20,000 nt of DNA from Enoplolaimus lenunculus (Eukaryota): assembly GCA_030248215.1 (NCBI GenBank), contig JASANG010000443.1, positions 417,414 to 437,413 on the forward strand, given 5' to 3'. The notes under the pieces were generated by a model. The model saw only the letters and a list, made by a program, of their open reading frames with translations, did no database searches and had not been told where the DNA came from. The position numbers and the translations under genes were made by a program. Shown here piece after piece: positions 1-9,911 of this stretch (positions are counted from its first letter, which is position 1; every line of letters begins with the position of its first letter).

Positions 1-210
1 TTAAGCTATTTCAGAGTTAATAACAGTAAACATTAACTCACTCCGAGTTGAGTTGATACCCGCTCTGAGTTCAATTGATTCCGGTGAAGTTGAATAATTT
101 AATCAGAGTGAGCTTTATTGACTCAGAATTGTGAGCTTTGATAGTCGTAACTTAGACTGAGTGATTCCACTCATACTGAGCTAAAAATCAACTCACTGGG
201 ATTTACAGTG
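1..210. mobile_element. MITE family A (CACTG-ended, AACTCA/TGAGTT-rich), partial, cut by window start
   Basis: Ends in aaaatcaactcactgggatttacagtg, the reverse complement of the family A left end seen at 14787; internal match to 2704-2930. Confidence 0.85.
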
Positions 211-657
211 TAAGACAAAGTTTAGGCTAAGTCGGGACTTAGGTTTATACTCAGGCTTAAACTTAGGATTAAACTTAAGCATAGGTTTAAGTTAAGCCTA
301 GTCGACTTTTTGTGGGGGGAAATATACAACTATATTTTAACACACCACGAAAAATTTCGGAGGTCAGAATTGCTCTCTACCTCTGCCAGAAAGTATAATC
401 GGTATTTGAACTGTCTGTCTAGGTAGGTACCGGGACTTCCAACATTTTTGCTTAAGCAGCCGAAAATGTGGGTTAAAGGTGGTTTCAAACTAGCGACCTA
501 CGATTCCTTAAGCAAACGCTTTCCTACTGCGCCACGCTGCCCGCCTCGTCAACTGCTTTTATTGTGAACTCTAATGGTAGAGACGTATGCTGACTGTTAG
601 TATACAACACAATACTGCATACATTGCATATACACCGGAACAAGCATATTTCACATA

Positions 658-844
658 CGCTGCAAAAAATGTGAGTCATATTGACTCTCTCCGAAATAGG
701 CTCTACGGGACTTCAGAAACTGATTCAAATTCAACTCCGCCAGAGTCAAATACGACTCTGGCGGAGTCGAATTTGGCTCAGTTTGTGTCGTCCTGTAGAG
801 CCGATTTCGGAGAGAGTCAATGTGACTCACCGTTTTTTGCAGTG
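658..844. mobile_element. MITE family D (CACTGCAAAAAA TIR, near-palindromic), TA TSD
   Basis: cgctgcaaaaaatgtgagtc ... gactcaccgttttttgcagtg, flanked by TA on both sides; homologous to 7703-7913 and 11086-11280. Confidence 0.85.
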
Positions 845-946
845 TATGAGCAATATATTTGAATCAATTTAGATAATTCAAAACCGGTATACTGCTTGTG
901 AAACGGATGCACTAAAGTTTTGCCTCAGCAATCCATCAAATATGAA

Positions 947-1166
947 CACAAAAAAGTATTTCTGAATATATTCAGAAAAGTATTTTCTGCGACAAATCTG
1001 ACAAGTTTTTCTGAAATTTAAGACAATTTTTCCAAAAAATAAGTTTTAAAGCGTTTATTTTCAGACTTTTGTTATAATAGAAACACTTTTCAAATGCACC
1101 ATGCTAATTGTATTTCTTAAATATGAGAAATTTTTTTCTTAAATAAAAGAAATATTATTTTGAGTG
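947..1166. mobile_element. Dispersed AT-rich repeat family F (probable CAC-ended MITE)
   Basis: About 200 bp clearly homologous to 6158-6363 (aaaaaagtatttctgaat..tcagaaaagtattttctg..caaatctgacaa); starts cac, ends gagtg. Confidence 0.65.
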
Positions 1167-1484
1167 CGCTACGTTACCATCAAACTCTAAAGTAAAGTCA
1201 CGCATCTGCAACTCAGCCAATTTAACACATAATTATCTTAAATTTCAGACATATCATCACAGTATATTTTAAGACATTTTTTCGATTGACACTAAAGCGT
1301 TGTGACAACACAAGTTGTTGTTTCTAAAATTCTCAAAATACTTTACTAATTTTACTACAAAACATTAATTCACACAAATTTGTTGTATACTTTGTGCTAA
1401 ACTGCGTCTAAGATTTTTCATAAACTCAAATTTTAAAGATATTATCTTTGTCACCTGTAACTGATATATACTGTCTGATACAAG

Positions 1485-1625
1485 GGCCAATGTGTCATAT
1501 TTGGGTCGAAGCCGTAGTAGAAGCATATTTCTTAGCCGGAGAAAAAAAATTAGTCTAAAGATCAAACTTATACTACACAGCGGTCGTATGAAGAAACAGT
1601 TAGCCTCTGATTTATAGATTTGGCC
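1485..1625. mobile_element. Diverged family B copy lacking most of the TTAGGC array
   Basis: ggccaatgt ... atttggcc termini; internal agtagaagcatatttcttagcc and aaaaaaattagtctaaag match the reverse family B consensus. Confidence 0.55.
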
Positions 1626-1636
1626 GGTGCGATTCT

Positions 1637-1842
1637 GGGCTATGCATAGATCAGGGCCGGATCGTTTTTCTGCAGCAATACAATAGACCAAGCTTAAGCT
1701 TTAGACTGATTTTTCGTTTAGGTTTAGGCGCTTAATTTTAGGCTTAAGCTTAGTTATCAGCTTATCTTTGCTCTTAGGCTTAGGTTTACGCTTAGGAATA
1801 TGTCTGCGCTATTCTGTTATGGCCGTGTTATATACATTGGCC
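1637..1842. mobile_element. MITE family B (GGCC TIR, TTAGGC-containing, Merlin-like)
   Basis: gggctatgcatagatcagggccgga ... ggccgtgttatatacattggcc; internal degenerate ttaggc/ttaagc tract; TSD degenerate. Confidence 0.8.
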
Positions 1843-1879
1843 GACATTTTCGATCTAAACACTATATTTAAAAAGTATA

Positions 1880-2124
1880 CACTGGAAAATCCAGTGAGGT
1901 AGTGTTAACTCAGAATGAGCTGAATCCACTCAGAGGTCTGAGCTTTGATTTAGGTCTTTTACAACTCAGAATTCTGAATTGTTTGAACTCATTTTGAGTT
2001 AATCAACTAATTCAGAATGAAATCAGCTCAGAGTGAGTTAATGTTTACTGTTACATTTTAGGAATATTCAGAAAAGACTAATTCGCTCTCTGAATTTGAA
2101 TTAATTAATCAACGCATCGGAATT
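1880..2124. mobile_element. MITE family A, right terminus lost
   Basis: Starts cactggaaaatccagtgag; collinear with 14787-15038; inverted relative to 2211-2461. Confidence 0.8.
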
Positions 2125-2210
2125 GATTTGAATGGTTAGTCGTAGCTTAATTTTTCTGCTTCAAACCCAACGGAATGAGTACAATTACTTAAAGGCTTCA
2201 ATTTTACATA

Positions 2211-2461
2211 CACTGTAAATTCAGATGAGTTGATTAATCAACTCAGAGAGCGAATTAGTCATTTCAAGTTATTCCTGAGTTAATAACAAGAAAAATCTAC
2301 TCGCTTTCAGCTGATTTAGTTTCAGTTGAGTTGATTCATTTACTCAGAATGAGTTTAATCAATTCACAATTCTGAGTTCTGGAAGACCTTATTCATAGTT
2401 CAGGCTTCTGTGTGGATTCAACACAGTCCGAGTTAAAATCAACTCACCAGAATTTACAGTG
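2211..2461. mobile_element. MITE family A, full length (251 bp)
   Basis: cactgtaaatt ... aatttacagtg TIRs; flanks ata/ata. Confidence 0.9.
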
Positions 2462-2703
2462 ATAAACAAAAAAATAGCTTCTTACAAATATGTGAGCAGC
2501 GGAAACGACTCAAAAAATGAAATTAATTTGCAAGAAAAGCGCTCAGGTGGCTTATTTACGGTACACTGGGAAGTGACTATTTTCGCTGGACCAAAAATGT
2601 GGTCCAGGTTTAATTTCAGGAGGTTCATATAACCTCTTGTAAAACATTTCGCTAGCAAGCAAACATAATTTCTTCAACCCCTACAATTCAGAAGGTTATT
2701 CTA

Positions 2704-2930
2704 CACTGTAAATTTCAATGAGTTAATTAATCAACTCAGACGGAAAGTTAGTTATTTTTGAATTTAATAACAGTAAAATGTAACTTACTGTGAGTTGAGT
2801 TGATTCCAGTAGATATGATCAATTAAATCAGTATCAGTTGAATCAAGTCAGAATTCTTAGTTCTGATAGTCCCAACTTAGACTGAGTGATTTAACTCATT
2901 TTGAGTTGAAATCAACTCACTGGAATTTAC
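2704..2930. mobile_element. MITE family A, last 4 bp missing
   Basis: cactgtaaatttcaatgagtt ... aatcaactcactggaatttac. Confidence 0.85.
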
Positions 2931-2971
2931 GCTATTTAAAATTGTTTTTATTACTTTTCTGGAACTTGCAT

Positions 2972-3224
2972 CACTGTAACTTTCATTGAGTTGATTTTAA
3001 CACAGAATGAGTTGAATTACTCAGCCTGAGTTAGGACTATCAGAACTCAGAATTTTGAGTTGATTGAATTCATTCAGAGTTAATTTATCAACTCACCCAG
3101 AGTCAACTCAACTCAGAGTAAGAATCAACTCAACTCAGAGTGAGTTCATTTTGGCTGATATTAATTCAGAAATAACCCAACTCGCTAGCTGAATTGATTA
3201 ATCAACTCGTTGAAATTTACAGTG
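2972..3224. mobile_element. MITE family A, full length (253 bp), AT TSD
   Basis: cactgtaactttca ... tgaaatttacagtg, flanked by AT on both sides; very similar to 14787-15038. Confidence 0.92.
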
Positions 3225-3491
3225 ATGGGGGACGTGTATCATGCGACACCCTTTGTAAATGCCGACTCCGTTTAGGCTGCTTTGTTTTGAATATATTTTG
3301 CCGGCGGCTTACGCCGTATATATTTACGCATTGGGCATCAAAATAGCGAATATCCTCTAAGGAACAATAAACAAAAACTGCCCAGATATATCAATAAATC
3401 TTCACAATCTAATCAAATTTTTACTTTTCAGTTTTGCAAAACCAAAACATCCTTGCTTCATTGAAACGAGGGTTCGTGTATCAATTGCTCG

Positions 3492-3654
3492 TAGTGCCGT
3501 AGCCGGCTTGAGGGGTGCACTCCTCCCAGAAATTCCGGGGTGGGGGCCCTTTGCGATGATCGAAATGTTTTTCAAACTTTTTGTTTATAACCTTGTTAGT
3601 CTGGGGGTACTCTGGGCCCCCAAATGGGAGTACGGGGTGGCTGCTCCGACTCTG
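3492..3654. mobile_element. hAT-like MITE family G (reverse orientation)
   Basis: Right end gtggctgctccgactctg is the reverse complement of the G left end at 10145/12432; 8-bp TSD attgctcg / attgctag. Confidence 0.8.
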
Positions 3655-3807
3655 ATTGCTAGAGTACCAAGATCTGACGTATACAACCCGTAGCGAACGT
3701 TAAGCGTTATTCTCAGCCTAATGCTAATCATTGATCTAAGCCTAAGCTTAAAACGCTTATCATGAATCGTCGCTTATATACTGTTTCCATTTTTAGTTGG
3801 GCTTAAG

Positions 3808-3972
3808 CAGGGGGTCCGCAGAAAACAATATTTGGGGGGGTACCAATAATGAGTGTCCCCTACAATTGCAATTCAAGATTGTTTACATTTTAGACCAAGT
3901 CTGTTTGAAGGGCACCAGTCAAGTTTAGGGGGCACGGCGCTCCCCTGTGCCCTCCTCTTGCAGACTCCCTTA
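3808..3972. mobile_element. hAT-like MITE inserted in a degenerate TTAGGC/TTAAGC tract
   Basis: cagggggtccgca ... tgcagactccct termini; flanks ggcttaag / agtttaag (6/8). Confidence 0.55.
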
Positions 3973-4223
3973 AGTTTAAGTTTAGGTTTAGCAAAAGGCT
4001 TTACCTATTGCGTAAACCTAATTGTATGCCTAAAGCTCTTGGCTACTAAGCCTAAGCGAAAAGCCTTATCCTTGACTGTGGAAGCGGTGCACAAGAACTT
4101 GTGAGCTTAGTCCTAAGTCTAATCATTACTCTAAGCTTAAGCTAAATCCTAATTCTAAGCGCCAGTCTAAGCTTAAACAAAATAGCTTTAATATCAAATG
4201 TGGTAAAATAAAGAAACTAGCAT

Positions 4224-4662
4224 AACAGGGCCGTAACAGTAGTATAAAGCGTATTCCTTAGCCTAAGCTTAAGCCTAAGCGTTAGAATGCTCTTATACCA
4301 AAGCCTAAGCTTAAGCGTAAGAATCCGCTTATACCAAAGCCTAAGCTTAAGCGTAAGAATGAGCTTATACCAAAGCCGGCCCATGTTACTTTAAGGGGCG
4401 TCCAGATTTCTGGTGGGTTTATAAAATGATAGGTTTAGATTCTAGATTACATTTTTTGCTTAGGCTTAGACTTAGGCTTAAGCTTAGGCTAGGAACATTT
4501 GTAACGCCTAGGCTTAGGCTTAGGTTAGGAATACGTTTAATCTACTGTTACGCCCCTAAAAGTAACATTGACCCCAAAGACTGAGGCCTTAGAGTAAGGA
4601 TGAGCTTATACCTATGCCTAAAGCCAAAGCAGAAAAATAGCCTAAAGCTTATGCTTACTCTA
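4224..4662. mobile_element. Family B copy (reverse) with internal 36-bp tandem units, interrupted by B2
   Basis: aacagggccgtaacagtagtata start; unit cttataccaaagcctaagcttaagcgtaagaat at 4292, 4328 and 4364 (third split by the insert); sequence resumes after 4573. Confidence 0.75.
4378..4573. mobile_element. MITE subfamily B2 (GGCCCATGTTACTTT TIR, TTAGGC array), 8-bp TSD
   Basis: ggcccatgttactttaaggggcg ... cgcccctaaaagtaacattgacc; TSD ccaaagcc / ccaaagac; homologous to 14391-14558. Confidence 0.9.
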
Positions 4663-5022
4663 GCTAATCTTTATATAGGTCGCCTTGACAGTTCTAGGAC
4701 CCTACTGTTGCACGGTTCGTTCGTGCTTTCGCGTCGAACCAGAAATTCCTAAAAGGAACCAGAAAAGCTCAACTTTGCCTCTGACCAATCTGATTCAATT
4801 ATGCTACAAGTGACCCACAGTAATTTCAAATTAAATTATAACCTTCAAACCCGATGCGAGAGTGGACAAAGTCCACAGACTACGAATGGTGGGTAAAGCA
4901 TCTCTAACGATGATTGCGTTTGTTTCCGTTTCCGGATGAGCTTTGAAGTGGCATAAATTGACATTTGTCCGTCAAAGTGCAATGAGTAAAGCAGGACTTC
5001 ATTTTCGAAACTGATAGCTTAA

Positions 5023-5285
5023 CCCTTTCTCACATGAATATTTTCTATTTTCCGTGAAACCTACTTTTATGCTAGGATTCGAACTCCTGTGACTGGAGTG
5101 GGAGGCGTATACGATCACCACTCAGCTATAGGAGCTTGACGCTCGAGCCCGAGGGGGCTCTCATGTCTTGTGGTGATTTAGTATTATGTATACGTGTTGC
5201 AATTGTTAAACACGGTGCTATATATACTATTTAACGTATATACACTGCGCTGAATTGCCTATAGGCAACTCAATGTGAGAAGGGG
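5023..5285. mobile_element. piggyBac-like MITE family E
   Basis: TTAA|ccctttctcacat ... atgtgagaagggg|TTAA; a TTAA TSD with CCC/GGG ends is the piggyBac signature; second copy at 18683-18870. Confidence 0.9.
5071..5135 (-). promoter_or_regulatory. tRNA-like Pol III internal promoter (A box + B box) inside MITE E
   Basis: Minus strand gctcctaTAGCTGAGTGGtgatcgtatacgcctcccactccagtcacagGAGTTCGAATCCtagc; tRNA-like box spacing, no intact cloverleaf. Confidence 0.6.
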
Positions 5286-5668
5286 TTAAAGTAAAATTTT
5301 TGCAAATTTACACAAAAGCGAATGAAAACTACCGGAGCCGGAGATCAATGAAACTTGCCAAAGATGGACCCGGAGGTAAACCGGAGTAGGCAAAATTAAA
5401 TAGTTAAAATGATGTTTAATTTGTTAATTTTAGCACATATTAGTGATGTGTTGCTAAATCGTTTGCTTTTGCGCATATTTTTAATGAAATCTTGGACATT
5501 TCTTTCTCAAAATCGTGCCCAAAGTTAAAACGAAACACGCCAAACAGGTAAATTTTGTAAAATTATGCAAAATTTGACTACCGAAATTGCCGGATCATCC
5601 GTCAAAAATTTTACCAGAGCCAGAACCGGAAGTCGATTTTCCGTCGAAACCGGAGCCTTTGATACGTT

Positions 5669-5879
5669 GGCCCATGAAAAGATCAGGAGCGGAACGTTTC
5701 TCTGTGGCACTGCAATAGAGCAAGCTTAAGCTTTAAACTCATTTTTTGGCTTGGCTTAGGCGTTGACTTAGGCTTAACAATAGGCTCATCATTACGGTTG
5801 GTCATAGGCTTAGGCTTAGGCTTAGACTTAGGAATATGCTTATAATACTGTTCCGTCCCTGTTCTTTACATTGGCGGCC
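5669..5879. mobile_element. MITE family B, 8-bp TSD
   Basis: ggcccatgaaaagatcaggagcggaac ... gttccgtccctgttctttacattggcggcc; TSD gatacgtt / gataggtt; internal (ttaggc)n. Confidence 0.9.
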
Positions 5880-6157
5880 GATAGGTTCACAGTTTTCGAC
5901 ACGCGTGTTTAGCTATTCGATGTGTTTATAATGTCAAACTATGAAATTACAAAACCTATTTTCAGTTTTCACAACCAAGCAAGCATAAAACTGCTGAACC
6001 TTACTTGGAAACGGCAATAAAAATACGCCAAAATTGGTGGGTAATTTTGAATAATTTTTGTGACAATAAAATTGCGTGATCGGTTCAAAAAATAAGATAA
6101 TAAGAATTAAAATAGAAATGATCCTAAATTTCAAAATGCATTTTTTGTTACTAAAAC

Positions 6158-6363
6158 CACACAGAAAAAAGTATTTCTGAATTTACTCAGAAAAGTATTT
6201 TCTGTGGCAAATCTGACAAATTTTTCTGATATTTAAGACAATTTTTCAAAAAATAACTGGAAAATGTTTATTTACAAACTTTATTTCTAAACTTTTCTGA
6301 AATCTTTTCTGTTATAACAGAAATATATTTCAAGTGCACATTGCTAATTATATATTTCTTAAA
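6158..6363. mobile_element. Family F copy, right end truncated
   Basis: Homologous to 947-1120; similarity stops where the 6362-6675 foldback begins. Confidence 0.65.
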
Positions 6364-6675
6364 GAGTGGATGACGCATACTTCAACAAGAGTGTGCAACT
6401 GGGTACATTCTGTGTAGATAATAATGTACCCGGCACGCGTTGTGTTTTCGGCCACCCCTCCCTCATTCAGAGGGGGGTATAACCGGTGCGAACCATGTCA
6501 CTTTATGTATTTGGCGTCAAACATGCTCCCCATATGGTTTAATTTAGGATATTCATGTGATAGCAACCCTCGTCTAAACAAGGGGGTGTTGGTCCAAAAA
6601 CGCAACATCCGGTGGTACATTTTGTACCATGCGTAGCCCCAAGAGTTGCACACTCTTGTATTATGCACTCTTGTT
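6362..6675. repeat. Foldback element with nested inverted repeats (probable MITE)
   Basis: Perfect 16-bp IR acaagagtgtgcaact (6385-6400) / agttgcacactcttgt (6644-6659), plus an imperfect ~40-bp IR at 6423-6460 / 6582-6621. Confidence 0.65.
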
Positions 6676-6944
6676 TGTACTGAACGAACCAGGAGTACAA
6701 CGAGAATACACAGGGGGGGGGCATCCAAAAAATTCCTTGACGGATTTAAAACAGGAGCACATTTACTGGTTTTAGAACAACGGAGCTGCCTACACTTGAC
6801 GGCATAGGACAATATAGAATGGATGATAAACAGGATACATACCAAAACCTCCCGAAATTTCAAGAAATGTGACAAAAAAATAGGCACTCTTAGACAGTTT
6901 TGTTGCTACCCCCCAGTGTGGTAACATCCTCTCCCCCAGCAAAG

Positions 6945-7204
6945 GGCGCATGTATAGCTGAGGATGGTAACAGTAGTATAAGCATATTTCTAATATTAAG
7001 GGTACACTGCGAAAAAATGGTGAGTCAAATTGACTCTCTCTGATTTTTTTCGCTTGACTGCAATAGAGTAAGCTTAAACTTTAACGAGTTATGTTACCTT
7101 AGGTTTACGCTTATCCTTGAACTCAGGCGTGGTTTTAAGCTAAGACTTAATAAGTTTAGCAATAGGCTTATACTACTGTTACGGCCCAATTCTATACAAT
7201 GACC
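6945..7204. mobile_element. Composite of family B end (6945-7000), family D end (7005-7040) and family B right part (7045-7204)
   Basis: gtaacagtagtataagcatatt (B reverse); cactgcgaaaaaatggtgagtcaaattgactctctc (D); gactgcaatagagtaagctt ... tatacaatgacc (B forward). Confidence 0.7.
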
Positions 7205-7702
7205 ATTTTAACCGTCAAAATTTATCACACCCCATATTTGATACCAGCGGCGTGTATATATTGTGGTATATGTAATCTGTTAGCTAGCTAGGGCCAATTG
7301 TGATTGACCTGAAACGTCCAAATCCTTTAAAACCGGTCGTGCCGTTGGTGCGACTAAAATTGCACTGTACCCACAAAACCGAGAAACGGGGGCTTTTGTC
7401 ATTCTGAATTTCAAATATAAGACTTTACGTTGACCTAAACCGAGTTTCGACAGCCAATTTTTATTTTAAAAACAAGATTCGAAAACTATTTTGAAACTTC
7501 ATTTTGTCGGAAACTTTGTCGCTTCAAACATAATCAAAGCATAATGAATAATTTAAAACAAATAGAAACAATACAGTCAATATTCATGATTGATTAAGTG
7601 GTAAAGTGTATTAGACAAGTTACCACTGAGCGAGGGTAAATTAATATGCCTAGAGGGCATCTGAAATAATATATTCTAGTTACTTTTCGAAATTTGAGCA
7701 TT

Positions 7703-7913
7703 CACTGCAAAAAATGATGAGCCAAACTGGCTCTCTCTGAAATAGGCTGTATGGCTCTACACAAACAAAGTCAAATTCGAGTTCTCGCCAGAGTCAATCG
7801 TGCGACTAAGTGAGTCGAATTTGACTCTAGCGGAGTCGAATTTGACTTTGTTAGTTTAGTCCCGTAGAGCCTATTTTGGAGAGGGTCAATTTGATTTACC
7901 ATTTTTTGCAGTG
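7703..7913. mobile_element. MITE family D, full length
   Basis: cactgcaaaaaatg ... cattttttgcagtg; internal gagtcgaatttgact repeats. Confidence 0.9.
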
Positions 7914-7988
7914 TACAAGCGTACCGGTAGTAACATTTTCAACTTGTTATATATGCAGCCAGCAAGAGACCGGAGCCGCTGCCTTGTA

Positions 7989-8118
7989 CACTTCCCTTCA
8001 CATTTACCCGCATTTGGCGTCTGGCTAGTGGTTAGGTTTAGGAAGGGCTTCCATAAAAAGCTTTCGGCCAACGTTTTAACGCAAGCCTAACCCTTAATCG
8101 TAAATGTGAGGAAAAGTG
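7989..8118. mobile_element. MITE family K (CACTT TIR, TA TSD), copy 1
   Basis: TA|cacttcccttcacattta ... taaatgtgaggaaaagtg|TA; interior has degenerate ttagg then cctaa motifs. Confidence 0.75.
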
Positions 8119-8161
8119 TATGCAGCCAGCGAGAGATCGGATCCATTTTACAGTGCTGCTA

Positions 8162-8310
8162 CACTTCCCTTCACATTTATCAAACTTAGACTTAAGCTAA
8201 GGTTTAGGCTTAAGTAAGGCTTACTTAAAATGCTTTTGTCCAAGCTTTTAAATATGCCTAAAAGCCTGAGCCTAAGCCTAAAGCCTTAACCTTAAATATT
8301 AAAGAAAGTG
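8162..8310. mobile_element. MITE family K copy 2 with inverted TTAGGC/GCCTAA arms
   Basis: TA|cacttcccttcacattta ... taaatattaaagaaagtg|TA; left arm ttaggc-like, right arm gcctaa-like. Confidence 0.7.
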
Positions 8311-8621
8311 TACGAAAGTTCCTTTGCACCAGCCTTGGATTTACGAGTTCTTGGTAACAGATAGTTTCGTATAAAAAATGGTTTCATCGACTTATACATA
8401 TTGAGGATGTTTTCGCTAAATTTTACACCGTTTCGAGCCAGTAAATTTTAGTATGGCACGCAATCTACCGGCCCACGCCCCCCCTGTCCCAAGAGGGATT
8501 TTTTGTAGCCGCCCCATGGAGCCTAAGACACCGTGCTCCATCTGCCCTACGAAAATACCGGTTATATAAGAATAAAATATAACAGAATTTCAGAGACTAT
8601 TATATTGATTTACATAGATTT

Positions 8622-8920
8622 AAACCCCATTCACATGTGCAAGTTTTTGTAGCGAGAACTCGCAGCTGCAACTTGCACGAAATACTTGCAGCAGCAAGTA
8701 GTTTTAATGGAACATTTCGATTGACCAATCAAACTGCAGGTGCAAGAAATTCAAGCGACTTACAATTGCGTCTACAGGTGCTAATTAAATAAAGTAGACT
8801 GAATTGCAGTGAATAATTTGCAGCTGCAACAACTTCAAAGCTGCTTTGTGACCAAACTTGCTCATGCAAGTTGCACGTGCAAGTTTTTGCTGTAAGAACT
8901 CGCACGTGTGAATAGAACTT
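8622..8920. mobile_element. Palindromic MITE, PIF/Harbinger-like termini (tentative)
   Basis: cccattcacatgtgcaagttt ... gaactcgcacgtgtgaatag IR; internal tgcaag/cttgca motifs in mirror arrangement. Confidence 0.65.
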
Positions 8921-9060
8921 TGCAGTTTCATACTGAAGTTAACAAGAGACGGACCGCCGATAAAAATTTAAACATTTTAGTCAGTCAAAAAAGATTCAAC
9001 TTTTGAGTTAAAAATTTCAAAACCGCAAAAAATTTCGGTTTCAATTTTTGTCCCATTTTT

Positions 9061-9245
9061 GACCCACCTGGGACGACCTTTCCATGGGTCAAGCAATTCC
9101 ACCCTGTCCCACGTCGCTCAATGGTGTCTCATCGGACCCCACGGGGCCACATGTCGCACTGCCAGTTCTGCTATGCACTGTTGTCGGAACCAGACCGGCA
9201 CTGACCGAACCTTCGATCGCCGCGGTTGTCAAGTACCATTGGTCC
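9061..9245. other. Unique GC-rich multi-hairpin island (candidate structured RNA or element remnant)
   Basis: Stems gaccca/tgggtc, caatggt/accattg, cccc/gggg and tgccagttctg/cagaccggca in an otherwise AT-rich context. Confidence 0.35.
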
Positions 9246-9444
9246 CTGAGATTCACATGAAACACTTTCCAGAAATAACCAATCATAATGATTTAAAATT
9301 GCAACGTTTGGCGAATCAAATTCAAAAGGCAATTACATTATTGTCTATTTATTTTGTTGCAATTTCTATTAGAAATTGTGGCCAAAGATTAGACGCACTT
9401 GAGATTCTAAAATCAACACATTTTCAGTTGGGCTTCAGCTTCAT

Positions 9445-9636
9445 GGCCCATGTAAAGATCAGAGGCGGAACGTTTTCCTGTGGGACTGCAATAGAGTAAG
9501 TTTAAGCTTTAGTCTAATTTTTTTGCTTGGTTTAGGCTTAGGCTTAGGCTTAGGCTTAGGAGTATGCTCATTCTTACGCTTAGGCTTAAGCTTAGGAATA
9601 TGGTTATAACACTGTTTCGCCCCTGTTCTTTAGGCC
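9445..9636. mobile_element. MITE family B, perfect 8-bp TSD
   Basis: ggcccatgtaaagatcagaggcggaac ... cgcccctgttctttaggcc; TSD agcttcat / agcttcat; (ttaggc)4 followed by ttagg at about 9532-9560. Confidence 0.92.
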
Positions 9637-9911
9637 AGCTTCATTTCGTTGGGTAGGTAAACAAAATTTCGGACCCTAAAGGTCTACGGCGTCGGTTGTT
9701 TATCATCGCAGCGACTCAAGATGGATGTGAAATTAAAATATGAGAAAGGGGAGACGTTTTTGAACATTCGCCCCCCATCCCAGTTTTTGAAATTTTAAGA
9801 TTAAGTCACACTGTTTGGTTAGAGTTAAACCTTACGCCTAGGCTTTAGACTTATGTATCTCCTGTATAGTTCTTTTCTCGATGTATGCTTATCGCTCTGA
9901 TTTAGTAAAGC

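Noticed and set aside
587..872. ORFs 587-862 and 681-872 (also 7886-8071 and 11219-11404)
   Set aside because: They overlap non-autonomous MITEs and show no recognisable protein motifs.
5290..5660. Recurring ACCGGA motifs and duplicated gtaaaatt(t/a)tgcaaa
   Set aside because: Probably another old transposon, but no termini or TSD could be defined.
6498..6887. 129-aa minus-strand ORF as a transposase fragment
   Set aside because: No DDE or zinc-finger motif; it runs through a foldback repeat.
9085..9140. Hammerhead ribozyme on the minus strand (ccgatga ... gaat/gaaa)
   Set aside because: The core deviates from CUGANGA/GAAA and stems I-III cannot be formed properly.
9059..9499. 146-aa ORF
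   Set aside because: Non-ATG start, runs into a family B MITE, no homology recognisable.
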